Shown here piece by piece: positions 11,346-21,970 of a stretch of 28,095 nucleotides of DNA. The DNA is taken from positions 186,001 to 214,095 of the forward strand of contig LVLI01000156.1 in NCBI GenBank assembly GCA_001687465.1, read 5' to 3'. This DNA comes from Halocafeteria seosinensis. Lineage: Eukaryota. Within the stretch, counting starts at the first letter, position 1, and the number at the start of each line of letters is the position of its first letter. The position numbers and the translations under genes were made by a program. Below the pieces are notes generated by a model, which made no database searches, was not told the origin of the DNA, and saw nothing but the letters and a program-made list of their open reading frames with translations.

Positions 11346-13871
11346 CTATCTACCAATTGTTCTCGAAGTCTCCAGAGGGTCCAAGCAGATAGTAAGGGGA
11401 TCTAACTCCTTCCCCTCGTCGATTTGTTTGTTTAAGAACGCGTTAAACTCCTTCAAATTCTTAGCCTTAAGTAGACCTTCCCATGATGTTAGGTCCCCAA
11501 GCAAGGACATGAAAGCAGAAAGACCGCCCTGAGAGTACCGGCTACTCGCAAACTGCGTCTTCTCGCGACCATTCTGCCTCAACCAGGAAATCCCATCAAG
11601 TGTACTCCGCGTAATTTCGGAGTCTTTTAGCATAAGATGCCGTAGTATGCCATGCGCATATTGAAAACCCTTAGCACGGCAAGCGAAAGCTGCTCCTACG
11701 GCGGGAATAAGGGTAATCCACGCCCTCTCCTCTGGCAAACAGGATTCTTGGGGACAATATCCCCACTGACCGCTGCGAACAGGCCAAAACCGGGACACTC
11801 GTTCATCCTGCTGCGAACTGCACCGTTGAACGTATTTACCAAATACGTCCAACAGTGCTAAAGAGCTTGCGGGAACGTTAAATTTGCGTTTCCCTTTTTC
11901 CCCATGGATCAGCCTTGACACTCCTCCCACGGCAAACCACGTCCTCAAGTACAATAAATCAGCTTGGAGCTGGATGAGTCCAAAATATGACACAGCTGAC
12001 CCATTGGTTAGAGACTGGAACTCCTGTTTCCATCGCTTCCCAGGACTCTTTACAGCGGAAGTAGCCAATTTGAAGCACTTGAAGGGGTCACGAAGGAATG
12101 CGAACAAGGAGCATATCAAAGATGACGCACACTGCTGTGAACAAACCGCACACACATCATTGCTCAATTGGGCGCAGTGCTGAAGTAACGGGGCCACGCA
12201 TTGCTCAATAATTTGTACCATAAAGCGGGAGGGTTTTAAACGCAGAGACATTGAGTACAACACTTCAGAACACCAAAACGGTGTATGAGGAGCTTGTGGT
12301 TCAACATTGCGTTTCGCCTGATTGAGAATATTGTTTATCTGGCACAGGTAACCGGCGACAGTATTCACAGTTTCGCTACCTTTTATCGACTCGTAGTTTT
12401 CTGTATCTAGCTGAAGAGATCGTTCCCCAATCTCATAGACTTGATTGCTGCCGGCTTCCTCTTTTCGATCGACCGAGGATTGTAAGAAAAGCGAAAACGA
12501 ATGCTGAGCGATTGTCTGGCTGATCCATGAGCGAAGTCGGTTGATTATCCGTTCTTTGTACGACTGAAGTAGTTCATATTGATGCTTCAGGTGAGATGCA
12601 ATCACCCCAGTGTCGTACAGGCCCATCAGAAGGTCTCCATTCAATCTCAATAGGTTTCTCTCAGACGCCCTCAGCCTTATCAAGGGGAAGGCCTCAGGAT
12701 ACTCTCCTGAACTCCCCATGAGGCTAGGATCACCTAGGGAATCAGTGGGGGCAATGGGAGTACGATTAGGGTCTCCATCGAGGTACGGGTTACTTCTATT
12801 CTTTCTAAAGGACCTCACTTTCAAAGGCCCTGTCCTTACTTCCTGTCCGTACGAATCATCTTCCGAGTCGTATCCGCCCGACAGGTGACCACTGGACGAT
12901 GGTGTTCGTTCCACTTCCTTAGCTAGGTACGATGATAAACTGGAGGAGAGTAAACTGGGACGATCAATAACCAATTCGGACATGCTTGAGCCCCATGTTT
13001 TCTCCCCATACATTTGCGTAGGTTTAGACGTCGCATAAATGGAATCACAGTACGGGGCGAAATCAAACTCCGCGGGAGCAACCTGAGACTGTACTTTGCC
13101 TCCAGAACATGGACTCCACCACTTCGGTTTCGGGATTTTACTGGTAACAACGTTGGCATTATGGTAACCACCCCATAGCACTCTCAAGGGAGGAAACGTT
13201 TTCATGGGATGGACTGCTTTGTGACATCCTTGAAGCTTACTGGCTAGCCACGTACTCTCCGACTCTCCTAAGGTAAACCATTCACCAGATTTGCAGCCGT
13301 CTATCTTGACATCATCCCTCTCACCAAAGGAGTAATTGAACAGAATTTCCGATCCTCTATCCACTGTGTTGGCAAATATCATGAGCTTGTCGATATCCGT
13401 TTTCCATCGACTTGCTAACTCTCCGCCTTCCCATGAAAGAGATTTACAGTAGAAATTGCTCTTTTCCAGGGTCATGTTATGAAATGCAGTGGAAACAAAC
13501 AAGACGGAAGCAAGTTGGGTGTCTTTAGGTCTGCTTCGAGGGTTGTTTCCACCCTTTGCACTCATACTATCAATGCGTTTTTCGACATAGCGTAGCAAGG
13601 GGACAAACGACTCGGCAATGGCAATTGGCATTTCGAATTCCTCTGTTTTTCCACAGGAGGAAAGAGAGGACGCCTTTGGGTCTTCTTCTTCAGTAAATGG
13701 AGACCATAATCGGTCCGGAAACTGAAGTCTATCCGAACGCATGTGTCGTACAGCCTGTCCAATGGCTAATTTCGTTTCCACGAAGTTGCGCACATCGTTC
13801 TCCGTTTCCTCCCCACTCTCTTTGACAAAGGACGATGAGGATATAGAGGAAGGCGTCTCATCACTAGCCAT
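11346..13871 (-). CDS. Uncharacterised 841-aa protein; C-terminal part resembles CCDC142/CATCHR-type helical domain
   Basis: Long ATG-initiated ORF. The segment PFW...KPSRFMVQIIEQCVAPLLQ...SYFGLIQLQADLLYLRTWF...ERAWITL recalls CCDC142 and the C-termini of COG/GARP subunits. The CDS is secure; the family call is tentative. Confidence 0.75.
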   Translation of the reverse strand: MASDETPSSISSSSFVKESGEETENDVRNFVETKLAIGQAVRHMRSDRLQFPDRLWSPFTEEEDPKASSLSSCGKTEEFEMPIAIAESFVPLLRYVEKRIDSMSAKGGNNPRSRPKDTQLASVLFVSTAFHNMTLEKSNFYCKSLSWEGGELASRWKTDIDKLMIFANTVDRGSEILFNYSFGERDDVKIDGCKSGEWFTLGESESTWLASKLQGCHKAVHPMKTFPPLRVLWGGYHNANVVTSKIPKPKWWSPCSGGKVQSQVAPAEFDFAPYCDSIYATSKPTQMYGEKTWGSSMSELVIDRPSLLSSSLSSYLAKEVERTPSSSGHLSGGYDSEDDSYGQEVRTGPLKVRSFRKNRSNPYLDGDPNRTPIAPTDSLGDPSLMGSSGEYPEAFPLIRLRASERNLLRLNGDLLMGLYDTGVIASHLKHQYELLQSYKERIINRLRSWISQTIAQHSFSLFLQSSVDRKEEAGSNQVYEIGERSLQLDTENYESIKGSETVNTVAGYLCQINNILNQAKRNVEPQAPHTPFWCSEVLYSMSLRLKPSRFMVQIIEQCVAPLLQHCAQLSNDVCAVCSQQCASSLICSLFAFLRDPFKCFKLATSAVKSPGKRWKQEFQSLTNGSAVSYFGLIQLQADLLYLRTWFAVGGVSRLIHGEKGKRKFNVPASSLALLDVFGKYVQRCSSQQDERVSRFWPVRSGQWGYCPQESCLPEERAWITLIPAVGAAFACRAKGFQYAHGILRHLMLKDSEITRSTLDGISWLRQNGREKTQFASSRYSQGGLSAFMSLLGDLTSWEGLLKAKNLKEFNAFLNKQIDEGKELDPLTICLDPLETSRTIGR

Positions 13872-14862
13872 GTTACTGTGTTAGCGTTATATCCCTCCTG
13901 TACAACCAATTAGCCTCCTATTTGTACGACACAAGCTATCAGTCGAGCCAGCGCAACTCCGTGTCTATCAAAAGCAAACAGTCACATGGACTAAATTACC
14001 CAGCATGCAGTCTTGTTGGCATTCAAAATTTACTCAGAGCGACTACCATGTGGAACTACGGTATCAACAACGGTGTATAAGTCTGTCTATGCTTTCTCCG
14101 GCTCGTGAGTCACGAGGTTCCAACTGCCCTGCAATGCCACAGCCCTGGCCCTGGGCCAGGGGGCACCGAGACCACTTCAAGAATCTAGATACAAGTTGCT
14201 ATCATACAACACAGGCTGTACCATTCTATAGACCACAACTGTATAGCAACTGCGCCGTCACCTTGGATCTTTCGCTTCCTTTAAATTAAATGGTGGAAGT
14301 ACGATTTGCGCCTACCTTGCAAGTTGCACCTGCTGCGGCGTTCCATAGGCTAGCTGGTGGGGTACGGTGGTAGCACATACCGTAGGCTCTAAGGGTTGGA
14401 GACATCTCGTTGGTTGAATTACTGTGCATCGTGGACCGAAGGATGCGTAACCTTGCACTATTTGATGCAACTATAGATTCATTTCCCTGGTCGTGGAGTG
14501 GACTTTCAAGAGGTCAGACAATCGTAGTGCCAGTAGTGTGATGCGCATCGGCTTAACGCTGGAATCCCGAGTGCTGGATAACTTCCACTTCAAGCAGTGC
14601 TGTGGCTGCCGTCACGGATTTCACGTTCCAGAGCGAATAAGACTCATAATGTCCACAATATATGTTTTTGTGCATGTGTTTATGGTATGTTTGTGCCGGT
14701 GGGAAGCCATCAAGTGTTGCATTGTTTCTGCACGTGTATGGTATCCAAACTGGGTGGTTTCGCAGTTTTGGCCCTCTTGAGCGCTTCAACGACCCCCACA
14801 TCTCTTGCTTTATACGCTCTTCCTGTTGCTCTGAGACAGCCTAGGTTGACGAGTAGCGGACA

Positions 14863-17800
14863 ATGGGCTGTTCACCCTCGAAAGACGGGGGGCATAAAAA
14901 GCCTGGAGAATCTGTAAGCCCTGAAAGCTCTATGAGCAAGCAGCAGACCAACGGCGTGGATTCTCCCACTGATGAAGATAATGGAGACACCACAGCCCGA
15001 ACTACAGGCAATGAAAGCGGTAGTATAAGCGCCTTCAGCCTGGATCTGAAAGAGCAAACGCCCAGGCAGCAAGGAGCAAGTGATTCACCCGATCTGACTG
15101 CAGCGCCGCCTCCAGGAGCAGCACCGAATTTGGGTCGACGCAAAGATCCCAATGCTCTCGTTTTGAACCAACCTCAGCATTCTAAGAGCACGAGCAGTGA
15201 TTCGGACTTGGAGGATGAAGTAGAACATGAAGTGGCTGTAAGCCAGCAGCAGCCAAAGGAAGAGGAAGGTCATCGACTCACCGCAAAAGTGAGCTCGGGA
15301 TCTAGCATTGGCACTGATGCAGAGGAGACAGAAAATGTCACCAATGAAGATCACACCAAGGAAACAAAGAAGAATACTCACATGAAAGGTGGGACCTCTA
15401 GTAGTGATAGTGATACTGATGAACTCGAGCAGGGGGAAGAGGCAGAAGGACTGGAGGACTTCTTGGATCAGTCCGATGACGGAGAAGATGATGAAGAGGT
15501 TATAGAAGAGGGAAACACCCCACGTTTTGATGATTCACTGGATGATGGTTTTACTAGGGGTAGAGAGTGGATGAGCGTTATCAAGCACGTATTTGATGAA
15601 GCTCAATTGAGTGAGGCGCAGCAGTCCCAGTTTGTCGACTCATTGGAGATACAGAATTACACTGAAGGCGAATACATTGTGAAACAAGGTGAAATAGGTC
15701 AGAGTTTTTTCATAATTGAAAGCGGAGAAGTAACCGTGGAAGAAGATCGAAAGAAAGATGGGAGCAAACGCAATGTCCTGTCAAGACTATATCCGGGGGT
15801 AGGTACTCATATTCGTTTTGCAGCTGGCAGTCGAAAGATATGTGTATTATGCATTCTCGCCGCAGCATCATTTTGGAGAGTTCTCGCTCATTGATGAGCA
15901 ACCTCGTGTAGCTTCTGTTATCGCCAGGAGTGATGATGTAAAGTGCAGATATATCACTAAGGAGAAATTTGTTCAGTTGCTCGAGGTTAGTGGTGCTTTC
16001 ACCGAAGGTCAAAAACGCATTCAGCGCTGTACCTAATCATTGTAAACGTCGCAGCAAGATCGACGCTTTCAAGATGTCATTTTTAAACTCCGAGATGAAA
16101 CAGAAAAAACACGAAGGAAGCGCGCACAAATGATGAACCGCGGTTCTGAGAACACTAGGCAAGTCTGGTTTGTTAATGCTCAGAAGACGACGACGACCAT
16201 TACGAGTAATCTACAAAAGGACAAAGACTCGGAGGGTCGAACTCGTATCAATAACTACACTGTGCTTAAGAAAATCGGAACGGGGGCATATGGGGAAGTA
16301 TCTCTTGTTCGAAACGAGGATAACGGGGAAAACTTTGCGATGAAAGTTGTCGACAAAGCGAAACTGCGCAAAAAGCGTATTGGTTTGACGGAAGACCAAC
16401 TCCTTCAAGAGGTTGAAGTAATGAAGAGGCTGCGACATCCCAACGTCGTGGCGATGCTGGAAGTGATAAATGATCAATCAGGAAACAAGCTGTACATGAT
16501 CCAAGAGTTGGTTGACGGCGGCCCCATTATGGATGAGGAGTCAACTAGTTCTTTGCCAGAAGAAGAAGCCAGAAAATACTTTCGGCAAATCTTACGCGGC
16601 TTGGAATATATGCATTTCCAGCGAGTTGTCCATCGAGATATAAAACCAGAGAATATTCTTGTTTCTAAGGACGATACAGCCAAGCTTGCGGACTTCGGTG
16701 TATCAACAGTCATCCCATTTACTGAAGATGAGCTAAATGGAATACAAATGGGCGAATGGGGTAAGGAATTCCACGTTGACGACTAAAATCCAAATTAGAG
16801 CCAACTATACCGTTTGATTCGATACAGAGGACTATGACGATACCTTGACTGAGGTGCAAGGCACTCCCGCTTTCATGGCTCCGGAGCTATTTGCTGAAGT
16901 CCCTCGCTACGGCGGCCGTGCCGCCGATATTTGGAGCCTTGGGGCTTCGTTGTATTTGTACGTTGAATGCCTACCGCTACTCTACAATGCTGATGTGTGT
17001 TCATGGTCAAATACGTCCGCAGAATGGTGGTTGGTCGACCGCCTTTCAATGCTAGCAATCAAATACTCCTCGCTGAGAAGCTGCTCAGTGACGAATCGCC
17101 GACGTTTCCTAATGGAATGAGTCCTCATTTGCGTAACTTACTGCAGCAGATGCTATCCAAGAACGCTTCTCAAAGGATTTCCCTGCCGAATATTATGAAG
17201 CATGAGTGGACGACCCACGAGGGGACAGAACCTCTGCCTCAGACAAATTATATCCGAATTGGGATGGCTCCGCTGCCAAAGAAAAGTCGAAGCAATGAAG
17301 ACGACGGCAACGGAACTAATGACAACGATAACGCTGGGACTCAGGACCCGTCGCTGCGACGTCGAGGGCGTCGTAGACGGGCGAGCATAGTGAAACTACC
17401 TCATCAAATGTCTGATGAGGCAGAGCCATATCCTCCTCAAAGTGGCCGTCGCCGCAATTCGCACATTACTCCAAGGAAGGAGGAAGACGGTACCAGCGGG
17501 ATGATCCAACGAAACAGCAGTAGAGCTCTCAAACGTGGTGACTCAGGGAGCCGCAGTCCGAAAACCCTTGCTAGAGGAGAGTCAAGGCGTGGAAGCAACA
17601 CTGACCTGGTGCAAAAGGACTCCAAACGAGATCTCCACAGAGATTCTAAACGGGATTTGCGGCGGCGGCAAATGGAGCTCGTCCAAGGCCATGAAGGACT
17701 GTCAGAACGAGATAAAGACATGCTTTTGGAACAGCAGCGTGTTCCGCTGCATAACTCCAGGGCGGATGTGACCGTGGAGGAAATGGAAATGTATGACGGT

Positions 17801-20440
17801 TCCTACTTTGCCTCGTCGGAGAAAAGAGATAATACGGCGGGTGAAAATGACCAAAGTGCTTCTTCATCTTCAGTATCTGGCTCCCGAAGTTCGGACCATG
17901 TGGGCAGTAACACAGGCTTAGACTATAGTAGTCAGGGTCGTTCCTCTCAGGAGTACGGGAATGGACAAGACGCGCCGAAGAATTCCAGTAGTAGTAGCCG
18001 GAATAAAGCCGAAAGTGAGCTCTCTCGAACTTCATCAGCTGTTAGTTACGCGAGCTTAGGTGACGGTGCTAGTCATAATGCTTCTTCCACTGACTTGGGT
18101 AGGGCGCTGTACGGCTCCTATAGTCCGGCGAATCTATCACAGAAGCGGTCTAACCGTAGCATGGCGTCTTACATCTCCAGCAACAACTCAGATCTCTTAG
18201 ATCGTCATCGTTCAAGTTCCGCGATGTCTTGGGATCCCCAGGGCCGTCGGAACACGGGGGATGAACATCACATAAGGACGTTCGACACTGTTAGAGAGTC
18301 ATCCTCTCCAACAGCCCATCGCAAGTTGTCGGCTGCTTCTCGTAACAATGATTTGCAGCGTTCTTACTCCGATCTTCATCTGCGTTCCTTTATAGATGGA
18401 AGATCCCCTAAGAATGAAGACTATGCAACTCCCAATTCTGATGATAAAGCTGGCTCGCTAAAATCTGTAACTTCTGTTGTCTCGGTGACAACTCCAGTCG
18501 ATGACACCCCCGAACGACCGTCTGTGTCCGTCGCGTCTCCGCGACAGCCCAGTGGAACGTCTCCCCCTTCGGTGAACTTTGGAGGCCCTCGAAGACGCTC
18601 GCTGGGAATGGTTCCTTTGTCCTTCTGTGAGGATCAGCCGCCGCAAAATGGTAAGGAAAATGGCTTTTGTTCACGGAAATATTCTCATCTATTCTCAAAT
18701 TTCATTGTTGTGTCTGTTTGTCCAGAAGAGGATGGTACAAGCTCAGAGTCCCGTAAAGGCTTATCGACTGGAGCCAAATCTATGCACAATCTAGCTCTAG
18801 GCCCTAAGTCGGCTGGCGTGCAGTCAAAGTCGCTCCAACGACACAAAGATTTTGTCATGCTGACGGAAAATGTTGGGACATCGGAAAAGGGCTCGCTAAA
18901 GAAGAAGACGGTGATCTTCCGTGCCCGTGGGTCTGGGTCGCTCTCAATTGCTACCCCACAATGGGGCTCTGACAAGGAAGGATTCTCCGACTATGATGCT
19001 ACTGACGTTCCGCAGGATTCTGAGGAGGGTAAGGGAATAACACGACAAGAAAGTTCAGGGAAAGCGTGCCTTGGAGTTCCGCGAGTTGGAGAAGCAATCG
19101 AGGAAGATTCAGACAGCGCCGAAATCTCTTCGTTGGAAGATGAGGGTGGCTTCGAAGATGTCACTGACAAGCTAGATGAAGTTTTGAATGAGGAGCACGA
19201 CCAGAATGTCGAAGATGAACAACTAGAACCACTTTCTGATGTCGACATTGAAGGGGACGACGAAGAAGAATACGTCGATTCGTCGGAGGAGGAAGAAGAA
19301 GATGTTGCACACGGGAAAGCAAGCGATGCTTTACCTCTGCGGGGTATCACTAATCTGCGAGCTGCCCAGGATGCCCGGAATTCGTTTCTGAACGTCGTAT
19401 TCGGAGTAGCAGAGGACCAGGGTAAACGGAGCACTATGGAAGATAGGGTGATGGTAAGTTTAAGTCGGTGGTCGTGATTCTATATCAATGGGATGTCCGT
19501 GTATATGTTTGTGGTACGCCCTGTTCAGGCATTGGTAGAATTCAATGAAGCCCTAAACTTGGGACCTGACGCCCCGCACGAGGCCTTTTTTGGTGTATAT
19601 GACGGACATAATGGATCACATTGCGCCCAGTATTTGGCCGAGAGGCTTCACGCAAACTATGCATCATATGCTACAGGTGGTGAAGATCCTGCTGAAGCTC
19701 TAATTAGCGCATTTTGCGACACCGACGACCATTATTGTCTTCAGCAACAGGAACTCGCCAACAGTGCTGGACAGGATTTCCAATTCAGCGGCGCTACGGG
19801 TTGCACTGTTGTCGTTCGTAAAGGAGGAAAGATATCGCAGGAAGCAACGGGGAACGAGGGTGACCAGGAAGCAATGCTTGTATATGTAGCTAACGCCGGT
19901 GACTGCAGAGCCGTGCTCAGCTATCGGGGTATAGCATATGACCTCTCTGAAGATCATAAAGCCTCGAGAGAAGACGAACAAGAAAGAATAACGACAGCCG
20001 GCGGTTATGTGCATAATGGTCGTTTGATGGGCATCCTAGCCGTGTCCCGCGCATTCGGAGATATTGAATATAAACAGTTAAAGGAGAAAGCATGGGAAAC
20101 TGAATTTGAGGATGACCCCTTGACAGCAGAGCCGGACGTTCGGGCAGAAGTTGTATCAGCGGGTAGTGAGTTTATCATTCTGGGTAAGTGTCCCTCCAAT
20201 GTTGGATTATCTACCGTTTTACTTTTTTATGAAATCTAATTGACGCCTTGTATGTCCGTTTCAGCCTGCGATGGAGTGTGGGACGTTCTCAGTTCCCAAC
20301 AAGCCGTCAACTTTGTCCGGCGAAAGCTTGTGGAGCAGCAAGACATTCAAAAGGCTGCAGAGGAGCTGGTTCAGAAGGCAATCTCCTTGAACAGTGCTGA
20401 TAATGTGTCCGCAATTGTGATTGGATTTGTCAGCGAATGA
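14863..20440 (+). CDS. Multidomain signalling protein: acylation motif - cNMP-binding domain - CaMKK-like Ser/Thr kinase - disordered linker - PP2C phosphatase (8 exons: 14863-15798, 15866-15985, 16055-16760, 16828-16957, 17023-18650, 18726-19453, 19529-20183, 20265-20440; ~1692 aa)
   Basis: N-terminal MGCSPSK. cNMP motifs IVKQGEIGQSFFIIESGEV and FGEFSLIDEQPRVASV. Kinase motifs GTGAYG, AMK, HRDIKPEN, DFG, GTPAFMAPE, DIWSLG. PP2C motifs QGKRSTMEDR, FFGVYDGHNG, ANAGDCRAV, LAVSRAFGD, LACDGVWD, SADNV. Seven GT-AG introns (65-81 nt) give a 5079-nt open frame. Confidence 0.88.
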
Positions 20441-20450
20441 CCGCTTTCTT

Positions 20451-21947
20451 TTAGCTATACACGCGCACTGCTACCGCGGGAAGTAGCCATTTTAAGGCCG
20501 TTCGCGCAGTAGTACTAAGGGTCGAACTGCACGGTTTCTGTGCGTTCTGTTCCCGCAAATATACCTTTGCAAAGAGCATTGATGCAATAGCACCTAGTAC
20601 ACATCGACCTCGTATGTCTAGAAGCAGATCCTGTATTGTTGTACGCCGCAGGAAACTCACTATTGCTCTCGGAATAACGTAAAGGGATAATTCCGAGCGT
20701 CGAGCAGGCCGTTCCAACAGAATGCTGAAACCACATAAAAACGAACCCAGGACTACGCCCCATGATGAGTCATAATGAATCAAATTCCGCAATGTGCAAA
20801 TAGACGACCATATTATAGCGATGAAGCTAGCGAGAAAGGCGCTGCTTCGTGTTGAGCTAATCGAGCAATTTTGAAGCATCCGAGCGAAGTCTTCCCACTT
20901 ATTCGGAATGCCAGCGGAAACTAGAGCAGCAGCAAATTGAAGCGGCATGTATAATCGCATCGCAGAGGCAAATCCGGCTGCCCATCTGTTGACGATATTC
21001 CTCGTACAGCTGCTTCCATATTCAGAATGGACAACGGAGCATGGAATGAAACCGGTTCCAGGATCACCCCATGCCGGTGGCATGCGCCGGTGTCGACAAT
21101 ACTCCTCCAAATCATTTGCATGAGTCCCATACGCTCTTGAACCCTCTTTGAAGCCTCTGAGAACCTCCAGGAGTCGTTCATCTATCCGAGCTAATGATGA
21201 AATCCATTCACGGTAAAGTTTCGGTAGTACTTGCGGGTGATAAAACCAGTCGTACATGATTTCATGACATCCTAAGACAAAAAATACAGTGGAACCGTGG
21301 CGGCGCATCAACGTTTTCAATTCACGATTCCTACTATCCAGTACAAGGGAAGAGCTGTATGAAGCCACCGCTCGCACAACTAGATCCAGCGAGAATCGTA
21401 ACGGGTTGAGTTCGAACTGTCGGTGGCGTTGGTTTTTCTGTCCATTGGTAGTTGTACTTGTACCTGAAGAGTTTCTACCTGCGTAAAGTGCTATCACCAT
21501 CAAAGAAGCCGCTAACGCAGGTAGTGTTTCTGTGGGGACCCATTTCAAGTTTGGCGACAGCATCTCCTGCGAGTCATTTGCATGTGTAGATTGTTTCGAT
21601 TCCTCATCGTTCGCTGAAGGACGCCACCGGTGGCGTCTACCTGTGTCGGAGGACGGGGAAGGGCGTTTCGATTCAATGTATGCCAATAATTCATGGCGAA
21701 GAACTCCAAAGACGGCGCTGTAGAGTCCCACAGCCGCGGCGAATCTCAGATTCCCGGGATTGCCGACCACAGCTCGGTAGACAAGTGCCACTGGTTCTGT
21801 CCACGTGGTGGCGGTCGTACGTGTAGTCGTCCTCCGACGTCCTCTGTACAAGGTTGAAACCAGTGTGAATAAGGCATGCAAGCCGTAGGCCTCCAGCGAG
21901 CGCCGTAGAGCATGTGCTAGAATGTTTTTTCGGACAGTATTGTCCAT
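20451..21947 (-). CDS. TMEM135: TMEM135-like membrane protein (498 aa, intronless)
   Basis: FVLGCHEIMYDWFYHPQVLPKLYREWI, IPCSVVH...SC, AMRLYMPL, RSSAFLASF and ILLERPARRSELSLYVIPRAI are typical of the TMEM135 family. First in-frame ATG is at 21947. Confidence 0.8.
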   Translation of the reverse strand: MDNTVRKNILAHALRRSLEAYGLHALFTLVSTLYRGRRRTTTRTTATTWTEPVALVYRAVVGNPGNLRFAAAVGLYSAVFGVLRHELLAYIESKRPSPSSDTGRRHRWRPSANDEESKQSTHANDSQEMLSPNLKWVPTETLPALAASLMVIALYAGRNSSGTSTTTNGQKNQRHRQFELNPLRFSLDLVVRAVASYSSSLVLDSRNRELKTLMRRHGSTVFFVLGCHEIMYDWFYHPQVLPKLYREWISSLARIDERLLEVLRGFKEGSRAYGTHANDLEEYCRHRRMPPAWGDPGTGFIPCSVVHSEYGSSCTRNIVNRWAAGFASAMRLYMPLQFAAALVSAGIPNKWEDFARMLQNCSISSTRSSAFLASFIAIIWSSICTLRNLIHYDSSWGVVLGSFLCGFSILLERPARRSELSLYVIPRAIVSFLRRTTIQDLLLDIRGRCVLGAIASMLFAKVYLREQNAQKPCSSTLSTTARTALKWLLPAVAVRVYS

Positions 21948-21970
21948 TATAGACACATTGTATCTACCTT

